The notes below the pieces were generated by a model. The model was not told the DNA's origin. It saw only the letters and a program-made list of their open reading frames with translations, and did no database searches. A stretch of DNA of 64,000 bases, taken from Eledone cirrhosa (Eukaryota). Positions 13,601-28,225 of this stretch are shown in pieces. The position numbers were made by a program, and so were the translations under genes. Position 1 is the stretch's first letter, and every line of letters begins with the position of its first letter. The stretch covers positions 62,001 through 126,000 of the forward strand of contig CAXHJY010001363.1 in assembly GCA_964016885.1 (NCBI GenBank). Reading direction: 5' to 3'.

Positions 13601-15150
13601 AGACAGTGATTTAATAATAGGGCCTGATAGGGAAGACACAGAATGGATGACGAGAGAAGGAGAAATGGGTGGGATAGGAATGTAACTCGCTATCTCTGAA
13701 GCGCAGAAACATTTGTGACAGGGGTAAAAGAGAACACGTTAGGAGACAAGGCATCTGTGTGTTAGTACCTGGAATGCAATGGTGAGTGAGCCCTTGTCAG
13801 ACAGCTGGATCACCTTCTCATAGATATGATTTACAAGGATTTATTTATGTAGCAACAGCGCCATTCTTGGTGTGGGGATAATAATTTCCTGAAATATGTT
13901 TAAAATGAACTATCGATATCAATGTTACTGTTGTTAAGAAAAGTTGTATAGAATTGTTGTTGTGGGTTAGTTGAAGGTCAGCTTTTATCAAGCAGACTTA
14001 TGATCAAAGCGTTCCAACCATGACTACCACAAATTATTTCCAGAGAATGTATAAAAGTTTACGATATCCAATATATCTTTCCCGTTTTAAGACAAGCTTT
14101 GATTTCAATGAGTTTTAGCTGTTATGTTTAACACATCGAGTATTCCTGTAGATGTTCTCTCGTTGATCCATTTATATACAATCAACAAATATGGAGGCTA
14201 AAAAATAAACATTTCAATTATAATACAGATATGGATAACACAAGATAGGGTGAACAATGACAGGAACCAAGGAAAAATATAACAATCGTAGTTTCGCTCA
14301 CGTTAGAATTCCAGCTTTCACTATCTCATGAAAAGTAAAAACAGCAAACATCCTAACAATGAGAAAGATTTGATTAAAATACAATTTAGAATGGAGAAGC
14401 GAGATATTTCATTCTTGTGTAATATGTTTTCCTTCAGCAAGGGAGAGCTCACTTTTGTTCTCCCAATTAGAGCTAGAATGAATAGAAAATATCTACAACC
14501 TGGAATTATGTATTATGCTAGTGAAAACTGCATTACGTCAACCATATCAGTTATGGAATATGATGATTCATGTTGATAACAAGTCTCCTACTACTTGTAG
14601 ATAACATAGATATTATTAGTCAATATATTCTATCTGTTGGAACACTAAAATTTCCAATTTTTCTAAGATTCTTCTATGGATATATAAACATGAACCTATA
14701 AATAATTGAACTAATGATAATCCATTCTGAGGAAAACATTCTCATTTTATAACAATGATATTCTGCCTGTTCTCAAGAATCCATTTCGTCTGTTATAGAA
14801 GAATTTATCCCTCAATCGTTCTTATTTTCAAACATGTCAATTTATTCTGTATAACACTTTATTTATTTTTTTTTTTTATCAAGTATATGTTATTCAATGT
14901 CCGGGCAACGTGTATTTTTCTCATAAGAATATACTCACTTTTCTAACAGCTGAATTGGTCATATTGTAATTTAAACAGAGGTAAATTTTCGTCACATTAC
15001 ATCTACATAAGATATTCATAAATGTATTCTCCTTCTGCTCCTTTTTTATGGTATATCAAGTACTTTTTTCCAGATTTCTTTTAAGATTTATTATCAGCGG
15101 GGGTAGTTTTTAATGTCAGTATTTCTTTTCTAGGTTTCATATAAAATAAT

Positions 15151-15350
15151 TGTTTCTACTTTAGGCACAAGGCCAGCAATTACCCAGTGTATTACTGGTA
15201 CTTTATTTTATCGACCCCATAAGGATGAAAGGCAAAGTTAACCTCGGCGGGATTTGAACTCAGAATAGCAAGGGCCGTAACTCTATGCGTAACTCTATGC
15301 GTCAAAGCATGGCGTCCGACCCTCTACCGATACTGCCAATTCACCGCCCT
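15151..15350 (-). mobile_element. SINE tail A
   Basis: Full head, core and tail; TSD catataaaataat. Confidence 0.88.
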
Positions 15351-15704
15351 TAACATATAAAATAATGTTAACTAAAATATTGTCAGATGTAGAGCTAAGC
15401 TGACCAAGCTATATCTTAAAGCCTCATAATCATCAGGGCCTCAAAAACTATATTTTTAGTTTCCCGAGACCTTCTGGTGTGATTCCTTTAACAAGGGGAT
15501 TCTAAGGTTTATGTAAGGGCTTCACCAAGCCTACATCCACCATAAATCTAAGGATTCTTTTAAGTATATCCTGTGTGTCCTTTGATGAGAAAAGCTTTCA
15601 AATTTCTTTTATTAAGGAACACAACGTTTGTCTATCTAGTTAACTTCTTAAACTACAATTTATAAAATTCTTACATAACCCTTTCTCTGTATAGAAATAA
15701 TCAC

Positions 15705-15758
<54 letters not shown>

Positions 15759-15867
15759 ATAGGATATGTGTTCCTTCACACACAAGGTGCTAAGGTACGC
15801 ATGTATTGTCCAACCAAATGCCAGTGTGGTTCAATGGCGGGTTAATAAATTAACGAACCAGAACAAA

Positions 15868-16771
<904 letters not shown>

Positions 16772-17089
16772 ACACACGCACACATGTCTGGTGAGAAGAT
16801 TGGCTCTGAAATTGAGCCTATAACAAAAATATGGATCTTGAACCAACCATCTGTGAAACGTTCGTAACAGCCTAATCAATAAAAAGCAACACAATGTCAA
16901 AACTCGTTTTGTTTTTTAAATATATATATGATTTCTCCCGAATGAAACAGTTCTAGTCCTGTAGAAGCCATTTCTATATTAAATATTTATACTCTGCTAT
17001 GCATTGAGTACCTTACTTACTGTGGTTACCCCCGATTGAACCCGGGATAAACTTATATATATATATATATGTGTGTGTGTTATTATTAG

Positions 17090-18110
17090 ACGCGTCTTTC
17101 CCCAGCTCGTCTCCTTGACGGAGTTGCAGTCCTGGGTCAAGCGAAGACCGAGAGGGAGCGCTTGGAGACTGGAATGTCTTCAGGCGCTCACAGCCCTCGA
17201 CCAATCGGGCAATGTCATCGGTGGAAACTCCACCTTGGCGTTCTATAGAGGATTAGTGGAGGGGAAGAGCGACGACGTACTTGGGGAAACTCTAGGCGTC
17301 GACGAAAATCAACTAGCCAATCTTTTCGGAAGAACTTTCGGGCCAGGGCCTATGGACAACATCCAGAAATCCCTGGCCTGGAGCTTTGCCAGTTCGGGAT
17401 AAACTCTACAGGCATGGAGGTGCCGTCAGCCGGGCATGTCCGAGATGCGCGCAGGGCGACGAAACCGTCCTGCACGCACTCGTCCAGCATTGCTGACTTG
17501 TGGGTTTATGTCGAACACCTGCTGTCGCGTGTAGGACGGATCCAGCTATCAGCTGAGTCCATCGTGAGGATTGCCCCGCCCTCTTCCTTTAGCCGGGAAG
17601 GGCAGGCAGTTTTTATATGTCTGATGGCCATGGCGAAAGAGATAGTATGGTGGACACGTTTGAAAGGGCTGAAGACGAGCACTTACCTCTTCGGTGATGC
17701 CCTGATTAACTTTTTCAAATTTCATTTGAAAAGGAAAATCGGGGTAGAGAGGGAAGTGCTCTCTTCCCAGTATTTTGTTGAAAGATGGGTGAGAAAGGCA
17801 AGAATGGCCCGAGTGAATGGGCCTACTCTGAGTATGTGTCTGTAAATTAAAGGTGGAAAACTGGGAGAGGGCACTTGCCCTGGTGGTCAGGGTCACTGTG
17901 GCTTTTTAATGGGCTTTCTCCACGAATGTCCCTCGGAAGTCTCCCTCCTATTGGGGAATTTTTTCCTTTTTTCTATTATTACATCCTCTGTTTCTTGTTT
18001 TTTACACGCAGAAATGTCCATTTGTACCGTCCTGTATTGTCCTGTACTGTCCTTAATGTCTACTTTATGTAAACCCTTGTGGTTAATAAAGAAAGCATTA
18101 TTATATTATT
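17090..18110 (+). mobile_element. 5'-truncated Tx1/L1-like LINE, ORF2 C-terminus and 3' UTR
   Basis: GC-richer block; frameshifted peptide SLAW...DKLYRHGGAVSRACPRCAQGDETVLHALVQ (zf-RVT-type CxxC...H)...AKEIVWWTR; ends aataaa followed by (tta)n. Confidence 0.85.
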
Positions 18111-18137
18111 ATTATCATTATTATTATTATTATTATT

Positions 18138-18272
18138 AATCCCGTCGAGGTTAACTTTACCTTTCATCCTTACGGGGTCGATAAAATAAAGTACCAGTAA
18201 CGCACTGGGGTCGATTTAATCGACTTCCCCTCCCCTTTAAATTCCTGGCCTTGGGCCTAAAGTAGAAACAAT
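18138..18272 (+). mobile_element. Truncated SINE inserted in the LINE (tta)n tail
   Basis: Core and tail match the family; similar truncated + copies at 19743-19857 and 21044-21130. Confidence 0.85.
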
Positions 18273-18360
18273 TATTATCATTAAGGCTAGATAGTGAGTC
18301 TTGTTACTCTGGAGTTTCGCCTGTTTACCACAGACTCATCCGACTAGAACTCAGATATAA

Positions 18361-18452
<92 letters not shown>

Positions 18453-19158
18453 AATACATAGTACACAATTCCTTCAATATATTATCAGTATATGAAAACT
18501 ATATATAATCGCACAGTTATAATAGAATGGCTGTCATCGTTGTAGTAAAGAAAATAGAAATAATAGCAACAAATGATAGGATAACGATACTCATATCTAA
18601 TTTTTACTATGTTTGTTTTTTTAACATATCAAAATGTTATCTTATTTTAAGGCTTCCCTGATTAAATTCATCCAGACTTCATTAATATAAGACTTTGGGC
18701 TCCTTCACTTCATATTTGTTCTATTAGAATTTTTATTTAAGGTCATGACTTGTCAGAGTCGTAAGAACGACAGATAGATGCATTGCAGTATTCATTTCCA
18801 TTCTCTGCTCTCTGAGTTCAAATGCCACCGAGGTCAACTTTTATCCATTCAGGGTCGATAAAAATGTACCAGTCTAGTACTGGGATCGGTTTTTCCTCTA
18901 TACATCTTTCTCACTTCCATTCCCTCACTCTTTATCCTTCTCTAGAAGAAATCTGCTGTATTCAAACCTGGAGAGAGGATGCTCTTTGCCAGTTATAAAA
19001 AGAAATATTCCCTAGAAAGATCTCTTACCAATAAGCCACCTTTCCGACTCCCTTGGGGGTTACGGAACCATATATCCAATTTTTATTTAAGAATTAATGA
19101 GATACGTTTTTTACAGGTGTCATTCAGTAAAATAAAAACAAAATGTCTTTCTTTTCAG

Positions 19159-19281
19159 GTCGAATGCAAATCCAACAACACATATTAAGGCAACCGGTAA
19201 CGAAGGTGAATCAAGGGGAAGCAACTTGTGGTATAACACCTGGTCAGGAACAAGCTATAACAACTTCTTCGCGACTTGAAG
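19159..19281 (+). CDS. Internal exon of a single-pass membrane protein gene (juxtamembrane extracellular region)
   Basis: Acceptor tctttcttttcag and donor gaag|gtaatt. The 123-nt exon is open as RMQIQQHILRQPVTKVNQGEATCGITPGQEQAITTSSRLE and ends in phase 1, matching the next exon. Confidence 0.65.
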
Positions 19282-19433
19282 GTAATTATAATTAATCAGA
19301 TAGATATGTGTGGGTGTCTGTCATAGCTGTCTCCTACCTGTAATATCGATTTCTTTGTTACTGAACTGAGATATGAGAAGGGGGGAGGGGGGACAGAGAC
19401 ATATGAGTGAGTGAAAAAGAGAGAGATAGAGAC

Positions 19434-19467
<34 letters not shown>

Positions 19468-19902
19468 GGATATATGTATACATATATATGTATGTATGTA
19501 TACATATGTATGTATGTATTATATTATATATATATATATATTATATATTATATATATACATTATATATGTATATATGTATATATATATCTATGGATGTAT
19601 GTATACATATATATGTATGTATGTATACATATGTATGTATTATATTATATATATATATATTATATATTATATATTATATATATATTATATATATATATTA
19701 TATATATACATTATATATATTATATGCTATATATATATACATTTGAGTTCAAATCTCGCCGAGGTTAACTTTGCCTTTCATCCTTACGGGGTCGATAAAA
19801 TAAAGTACCAGTAATACACTGGGTAATTGCTGGCCTTGTGCCTAAAGTAGAAACAATTATATATATATTATATATTATATACATATATATATATATACAC
19901 AA

Positions 19903-19936
<34 letters not shown>

Positions 19937-19938
19937 TT

Positions 19939-19980
<42 letters not shown>

Positions 19981-20036
19981 ACACACACACATATATATAT
20001 ATATATATTTACACACACACACATATAAACATATAC

Positions 20037-20069
<33 letters not shown>

Positions 20070-20180
20070 GAGGGAGAGAGGGGGGTGAGCGTGAGTAAGG
20101 ACACACATAGAGATAGTGAGTGGGTGAGTCACACATATATATATATATATATATATTTACACACACACACACATATAAAC

Positions 20181-20225
<45 letters not shown>

Positions 20226-20543
20226 GAGGGAGAGAGGGGGGGGGTGAGCGTGAGTAAGGACACACATAGAGATAGTGAGTGGGTGAGTGAGTGCGTGGGT
20301 GAGTGAGTGCGTGGGTGAGTGAAAGAATACATGTGTAATGCGCATGTGTTTAGAAATAATAAGGTCTCAATAAAGTAGTGATAATAATAGAGTTTTTGAC
20401 ATTAGTAGTTGTATTGTACTTTAAGGCTGCTATTATTAGGCATAGAAGAAGTAAAAACAAAAGACTATCTCTCTAGTACATTTTAAAACAAAGACACGCT
20501 TTACAAATGATTTATAACATAGAAATAGACACGAAAAGGAAAG

Positions 20544-20580
<37 letters not shown>

Positions 20581-20584
<4 letters not shown>

Positions 20585-20868
20585 AAGTTTTATTTAAATT
20601 GTTGGGTTAACAACGAGTAAATATTTATAACTGATATAAAAGCACTCAACAAGTATTTGGAGTATATTTACGATATTAAACTCCAATTCAACTTTTCAAA
20701 TTGAAGTCGATGTTGAAAGGTATGTCGAATCTATCTATTTATAAGACTGTTTATATTGTATTTTGTCTGAGGAAGGCATAACATATTTTTAATATGATAT
20801 CCCTGAAATATATATAATGAAATAAATATGGTTTTATAAATATAGTTTCCATTTATTTAATATCGTAT
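20581..20868. mobile_element. Family P5 TA-embedded hammerhead element
   Basis: Homologous segments at 21182-21258 (inverted) and 23897-24130 (internally inverted). Confidence 0.6.
20760..20823 (+). ncRNA. Type I hammerhead ribozyme motif
   Basis: AUUUUGU-CUGAGGA-AGG...CCU-GAAA-UAUAUA-UA-AUGAAAU; stem I has two G-U pairs and helix III is palindromic. A homologue lies at 24028-24090. Confidence 0.65.
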
Positions 20869-20962
20869 ATATATATATAGGTATGTTATTCCGGGTTGAA
20901 TCGGAGGTAACCACAGTAAGTAAGGTACTCAATACATTGCAGAGTATAAAAGTTTTAATATA

Positions 20963-21021
20963 GATGAGATTCTACAGGACTAGAACTGTTTCATTCTTTA
21001 GAAATCATCAGGAATCTCATC
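20963..21021 (-). ncRNA. Type I hammerhead ribozyme motif
   Basis: Minus strand GAUGAGAUUC-CUGAUGA-UUUC UAAA GAAU-GAAA-CAG UUCUAGUC CUG-UA-GAAUCUCAUC. Perfect 10-bp stem I, helix III ACAG/CUGU, GUA triplet; U-U mismatch at the base of stem II. Confidence 0.8.
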
Positions 21022-21145
21022 AGTCTTCAAATTTATTATTATTTTGCCTTTCATCCTTACGGGGTCGATAAAATAAAGTACCAGTAATGCACTAGGTAAT
21101 TGCTGGCCTTGTGCCAAAAGTAGAAACAATTATTATTATTATTAT

Positions 21146-21185
<40 letters not shown>

Positions 21186-21500
21186 TTGTCGAGTGCTTTT
21201 ATATCAGTTATAAATATTTACTAGTTGTAACCCAACAATTTAAATATAACTTTCCATATATATATATATATATATATGCATGCATTCAATGTTCAAAGGG
21301 TGGGGTTGGTGCTGTGCAAAGCCTTTCGTCACTTAAAAAAGCTTCAAGTACAGACATGACTTGATATGTGACATTTATTGTGATGCATAGCATTGCTGGC
21401 CACAGGCAAGTCCCTAGAAAGACTAAAAAGCCACGTGTGTGATCCTCATACTTAAGTATCAAACGATGGCATTACTCGAAATCAAGTTGGTGAGGCCATC

Positions 21501-21571
<71 letters not shown>

Positions 21572-21630
21572 CATTTTATGTTATATATATGTATGTATCT
21601 AAGTATGTATATATATACGTATATATATAC

Positions 21631-21691
<61 letters not shown>

Positions 21692-22084
21692 TATATATAT
21701 ATGTATATGTATATATATGTATATGTATATATGTATATTCATATATATGTATATGTATATATATATACATGTATATATATATATATGTATATATGTATAC
21801 ATATGTATATATATACATGTGTATATATATATATACATGTGTATATATATATATGCATATATATATATGTATATATATGTATATGTATATATATATATGT
21901 ATATATATATATATTTATATATATGTATATTCATATGTATCTATGTATATGTATATATATATATACATGTATATATATATATATGTATATATATGTATAC
22001 ATATATGTATATATATATATGTGTATATATATGTATATATATATATATATGTATATGTATATGTGTGTGTATTTATAGATATGT

Positions 22085-22261
<177 letters not shown>

Positions 22262-22644
22262 GCCTCCTTCAGAATGTGTTAAGAAAATAATCTTTCAGGC
22301 CCGTTTATATGCAACATTTAATTAAATGTAATAAAACTATATTGGCGTTGGATAATAGGGAAAAACATGCATGAACGGTTTATTTTTATTAGATTAAAGC
22401 TAATCGAACTTTCGATTAGGTATCAAAGGTTATCTTGAAAGGACTTAGTATCGAAGACTTTCATAATGTTTTATGTAAAGAATAAAGATAAAAAGATACA
22501 AATCCCAGATACAATGTGTAAATATATAGTCACTTGCTTCACCTTTTGGGATGTATCCATCAATGGGTAGGCCTTTACATTGAATTTAATATATGACGTT
22601 TGAACTTTGAGTAGTTAGTCTTCTTCTGCTTCTTCGTCTTCTTT

Positions 22645-22992
22645 GCGGCATAATGTTACGGCCCTTTACATTCTAAGTTCAAATTCCATCGAGGTTAGCT
22701 TTGTCTTTCATCCTGACTGGGTTCGATAAAATAAAGTACCAGTAACGTACTGGGGTTGATTTTATTGACATTCCCCTCTCCATAAAATTGTTGGCCTTGT
22801 ACCTAAATCAAAAACCATTATTGTGGATTGGCAGTATCGGTAGAGGGTCGGATGCCATGCTTTGCAGCCCCTTTACGGTCTGAGTTCAAATCCCACAGAG
22901 GTTAGATTTGCTTTCATCCTTACAGGGTCGATAAAACAAAGTACCAGTAATGCACTGCGATAATTGCTGGCCTTGTGCCAAAAATAGAAACC
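22645..22992 (+). mobile_element. Two tandem SINEs
   Basis: Two cores at about 22700 and 22910; another copy at 24413-24625. Confidence 0.8.
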
Positions 22993-23036
22993 TTTTTATA
23001 CACCGAATTTAAACGAGTGTTTCCACTTACTTTCAG

Positions 23037-23096
23037 ATTACGGACACAAAAAAACTAATACTGTTGTAGATCCGAGAGGAACTAACAAAAAATTAA
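23037..23096 (+). CDS. 60-nt internal exon of the same gene (DYGHKKTNTVVDPRGTNKKL)
   Basis: Acceptor cttactttcag and donor |gtaagt; phase 1 to 1, joining in frame to both neighbouring exons. Confidence 0.75.
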
Positions 23097-23177
23097 GTAA
23101 GTACAAAACTTCTATTAATTTATAAATGATTTTAAAATAGTTCACATGTCCGAAATATATAAAATGATTATAAAGAC

Positions 23178-23238
<61 letters not shown>

Positions 23239-23245
<7 letters not shown>

Positions 23246-23345
23246 TAACAGATTAAAATTTAAGCAAAGAATCGCTGCTTTCACCCTTAACGGGATCTTC
23301 TGAAAACAGCGATTCTTTGCTTAAACTTTAATCTGTTATTTTAAT
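23239..23345. repeat. Fold-back palindrome with decayed hammerhead-like centre
   Basis: About 44-bp arms; minus-strand centre CAGAAGA-UCCC GUUAA GGGU-GAAA. Confidence 0.7.
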
Positions 23346-23822
23346 AAATATTTGCTCTATGGTTCTTATATATTTGATATATATTTATCCTTATCGAGCC
23401 CTCTTTGGATTTTAGTCTTCAAATTTATTATTATTACTATATATATATATATATATATATATATCGAAGCCAACAACTTAAACTGCTACCACCACTGTTG
23501 GTCAACACTAACAGAGAACGAAAGAAAACTACTGACAAATATATGAACTTTCCTCCCTAAATATGTATGTAAAAACTAAAAAAAAATGTTCTCCATTTTA
23601 TTCTTATTCTTATTAATATGCAATTTAACTGCACTATACACTTCCGTCGTTGAAAAAGCATATAAAGGTGAAACCGGTACAATTAAATGCGGAAATCGCT
23701 ACTTTGTAAATAAATGTTTTGATGTTATTCTGAAAAAATCCCTCTAGCATTTTCTACTGTGTTTTTTTCCTTCTTACTATTTGTTCATATATATCAACTC
23801 ACGTGTTACTTTCCTAAATTCC

Positions 23823-23899
<77 letters not shown>

Positions 23900-24027
23900 A
23901 GAGTTCTATTTAAATTGTTGAGATACAACAAGCAAATATTTTTATAACTGATATAAAGCACTCAACAAATATTTGGAGTAAAAATACGATATTAACAAAT
24001 GGAAATTATATTTATAAAACCATATTT

Positions 24028-24090
24028 ACTTCATTATACATATTTCAAGGACACCAAGTTAAATTATGGTGTGCTTTCATCAGATAAAAT
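24028..24090 (-). ncRNA. Type I hammerhead ribozyme motif (same family as 20760)
   Basis: Minus strand AUUUUAU-CUGAUGA-AAG c ACACCA...UGGUGU c CUU-GAAA-UAUGUA-UA-AUGAAGU. Stem II is AAG/CUU here versus AGG/CCU in the sister copy, a compensatory change. Confidence 0.75.
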
Positions 24091-24168
24091 ATAATATAGA
24101 TCAGTTTTATAAATAAATATTGACATATTTAAAGAATGCAACCATTACTGTTGGAAGCTCCCGGATAC

Positions 24169-24250
<82 letters not shown>

Positions 24251-24769
24251 CAAAATATGTTTGCATGATAAACATGCATGCCGTCTTGTTGCAGATATTT
24301 GAGCTGTGGTCCTATTACAGCTTATTCAGTAGTGAGTAGTATACTCACAGCGAGACTTCATATGTTTGTTATACATTAATATATATGAGTGTCCATATAT
24401 TCCATGATGAGAGTGGCAGTCGGTTGACTGTAGAATCGGTAGAGCGTCGGACAACATGGTCTGTGGCATATACTCACACACCTTTACATTCTGGGATGAA
24501 AGTCCGCCGAGATTAGCTTTGTCTTTCATCCTTACGGGGTGGATAAAATAATGTACCAGTAACGCAATGCGGTCGATTTAAACGACTATCCCCTCCCCGA
24601 AAATTGTGCATAAATCAGAAACCATATATGCCTTGATTATGAACCACACTGTGTTAGTTAGAGCTATAGAGCTATAGCCTAGCAATTACTGTAAAGATGA
24701 GGATCTATTTCACAGAATGACATCAATTGAAAGTTTACCATTCTAAAGTTTGTCTCGAGTCCGGGGGCT

Positions 24770-25030
24770 AATCAGGCTGGTGTTTATTCTGGTTTCTCGG
24801 GTGTTAAGCTAAGAGTACATGACGTTTCCCCTGGACAGGTCGCTAGTCCATTGCAGGGTTAAACCCCCAGCTACTGCTGCTGATATTCATTTTCAGCTGA
24901 GTATACTGGAGCAATATGAAGTGAAGTGTTTTTGCTCAAGAACGCAACACACAATCCAGTCAAGGAAATCGAACCCACGCTATTATGATCGTAAGTCCAA
25001 CACCCTTACCACTAGGCTATACTACCCTCC
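24770..25030 (-). mobile_element. Second tRNA-derived SINE family (gtgtt/gtcttgagcaa core)
   Basis: tRNA-like head gcctagtggtaagggtgttggac...gggttcgatt on the minus strand; relatives at 27470-27580(-), 41530-41680(+), 46880-47030(+) and 47628-47725(+). Confidence 0.65.
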
Positions 25031-26422
25031 ACTGCCTGCATTATAGTAGGCTCTGGGATAATATAGATGTGCACCTGTGTGTGTTTTGTGGAGTGGTGGT
25101 ATTTTTGCAATGGTTTGAGGTAGACGGTTATTGTGTATATAGTGGCAGAACGACTGAGAAAGCAGTAGCTTTATATTCTATATTATGATCTTAAAACCAA
25201 CACTCTTACCACTAGACCACCCAGCTCCACAAAGGTTGCCATAACACTTTAATAAATTTTGCTACTTTTGGCTGAAGAAGAATGAATCCAGGAAGTCGGC
25301 TCTCTATCAAGAGAAATTATTTCAAAACATCTGCTCTCACCTGTTGAGATGCAACTAGTGTACATCGTATCATAGTAAGTTAGAAGAGTGATATCAAGTA
25401 GCGACAGGAATTGAGAGGTTTCTGCTGATTGGCATAAAACCTACCACCATCGTTTCTTCTTTCGTTTTATCTATCTTCTCTGAAAGAAAAATTGAAAATC
25501 TAGTTATGTTAGAGGTTGCATACATCCACTTAAATCAAACTGAAGTTCACTAACGTTAATTACAGATATTTCCTTCTTATCAAAACTTATTAAAATCTTT
25601 TTCACGCATTAATTTTAAAAAATGTCACTTTGTTCCTTGAATATACACAGAACCGGATTAAGGCTAACTGATTCCTTTGTTCAAATGACAAGACATTCAT
25701 ACATTAATAAGTGCTGAATATTAAATAACAGACCAACTGTTCATTTGGCTTCTAGGCTATCCTCTAGGGAAGACATTAAAACTATATTAAATATAACCGA
25801 TGTGATTTTTAAAATATTATTATCTATTTTTACATTTATTTATATGACAAAGGTGTCATGAAAAATGTCTAATTTTAACATTTTATTATGCTTTTAAACT
25901 GGAAATACAGATTCAAAATACAAAATATAAAATACAAATAATTTTTGAAAATTGTTTTTTTGTACAGAAAATGATATTGATGTTCACTTTTTGTTGAAAG
26001 ACATTCTAATGAAGAATTAATTAGAAGTAACAATAAAATAGCGTGATTCATAATAGAGGTGTATATGAAGGCATATACGAGATGTCTATGTATAATAAAC
26101 ATATATGAGTCTCCCTATGACTATTTTATGCTATAATCATGTTACAGATATCTTTATAGATGTGTGAGAAAGTCAGATATTTGTGTTTCGGGATCTTTTA
26201 ATCCATCATCAATAACGTTTACTCACGGAAACCGAGATAAGCACCGACCCGATGAGCCTTTGTGCCCGAGACACACTTTTAAAAAATCTAGAAAGGAACG
26301 AATAAGATCAAATCGTTTTATGTCAAACAATGCAGTAATTTCCTTGCAGATCCTCCATAAAAAAGAAAATCTTCACTTCTCAGGTCTGTTTTCTTTTACC
26401 AATATATTTTATTCTATTTCAG

Positions 26423-26498
26423 AAGCCGTTGTTTCCTATGTGTTTCTTACTGTAGCAGTTCTCGCCATTCTTATTGCAATATCATTTATCATCGGCAG
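26423..26498 (+). CDS. Transmembrane-helix exon (KAVVSYVFLTVAVLAILIAISFIIG)
   Basis: Acceptor ttctatttcag and donor cag|gtaagt; 76 nt, phase 1 to 2; encodes a ~23-aa hydrophobic stretch. Confidence 0.9.
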
Positions 26499-27693
26499 GT
26501 AAGTCATCACATTTTAAAATATATTAATAAACAATTTAATTTTCGGTTGAGTCTAACGTACCGTAACAGTAGAGGTTTTCATGTGATAAAAATTAGGGCT
26601 TCATTTTTAGAATGTATGTTTGTATGTATGCATGTATGTGTGTGTGTATGTATATGTATAGACCCGTAACTCGTGATGCAGTACTAGGGGCGCCGCCGTT
26701 ACATACAGCGTGTCTTGGGCAAAGTCCATCCCATCCCTCTCTAAGTCTGAACACAGCTGATGTCTTCCAGAGAGTGAGAGAAAGGAATTGAGAAAGAGAT
26801 ATAGGTTGAAAAGCAAAGTTCACCTTGGCTTGAACCCGAGTCCTCATAATTTTGAAATAAATTTCTTAGCCAAAAATCAGTCATAAGGCTTGCATTCACT
26901 TTGTAGATTAATTAATATAGTGAATCTCTTCTCACTTATTTTACTAGTACAGAGGTGGATATGGTTCGTTGAGTCGGTCTAATAAAACTGAAATACATCC
27001 AAATTTATCACCTGTAGTTGCTAAAATCTTATTAAAACAATATTAGTCATTGGACTAATGTTTTGTTTTCGTCTCTTAACCACATAAATATTAATAATTA
27101 ATTAGATTTTCCCCTCACTACATGAGGTCGTATGATACTCACTTGACCGTAAATATAAAATGGTTGTTATTTAATAGAAAACACGTTCCATCTGGTTTTT
27201 AAAACATTATACGTGAAGTGAAATGCTAAGAGTAGTACTGGGATGATCTCTTTGTTCTTAATAGAGCATTGTTGTAGGTGTGCCTCAGATAACAGTAGAG
27301 GTAAACTCACGCCAATCATATCCGCTACACACTTTCGATTCTAGAGCTGATCATGAGATCGAACAAAGGTTGCTATATTTCAATCGATCTTTGTATTGCT
27401 GGTACTATTTATTGGTCATATCACCTGGTAGAAGCGTCACCGCTTTTCCAGTAATTTGAAGTAGGATTTGAAACGTATTTTGCTCAAGAATACGACACAC
27501 AAACCAGTCTAGGAATCAAATCCACGACATTATGATCATAAGTCCAACACACTTACCACTAGGATACGTACCTCCACAGAATTCAAATTAAATAACTAAT
27601 AATGAACATCAGAGGTCAACTTTGCTTTCATCAATTTGAGGTTGATAGAAAAAGTACTGGTCTAGTACTGAGGTTGATTCTTCCTCGATATCT

Positions 27694-27842
27694 CTTTCTC
27701 ACGTCCATTCTCCACCTCTTTCTCACGTCCATTCTCCACCTCTTTCTCACGTCCATTCTCCACCTCTTTCTCACGTCCATTCTCCACCTCTTTCTCACGT
27801 CCATTCTCCACCTCTTTTTCACGTCCATTCTCCACCTCTTTA
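27694..27842. repeat. 24-bp minisatellite, six copies, inside a SINE-B tail
   Basis: ctctttctcacgtccattctccac repeated. Confidence 0.95.
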
Positions 27843-28225
27843 TCTTTCTCTGGAAGAGAACTGTTGTATTCAGACCTGGAGAGGAGATGAGTTCCGCCAT
27901 GTTTAAAAGATACCCTGGAAACGCCGTATATCAATACGGTGCTCTTACGACTCCCTCAGAAGTTACAGAACCATGCATGCAATGAACATCACATGATCTC
28001 ACTTTCCTACCTCTATACACCTGATGTCTATGCATAGAGTTCTAGAAAAGAACTGCTTTAAAACTTCATATAATACTTTCGCAGTATCAGAAACAAGTAA
28101 CTCGTAATATTTTTTTATTTACACCGTTTATTCAATCCACTGAAGCCTTTTCTCGATTGCAATTTTTTTCTTCTGGTTCTTCGTTATATTCTGTATAACT
28201 GAATGCATTTTTTTTTTATTTTCAG

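Noticed and set aside
27602-27985. ORFs with LFLTSILH / KEVENGRE repeats
   Set aside because: A 24-bp minisatellite within a SINE tail.
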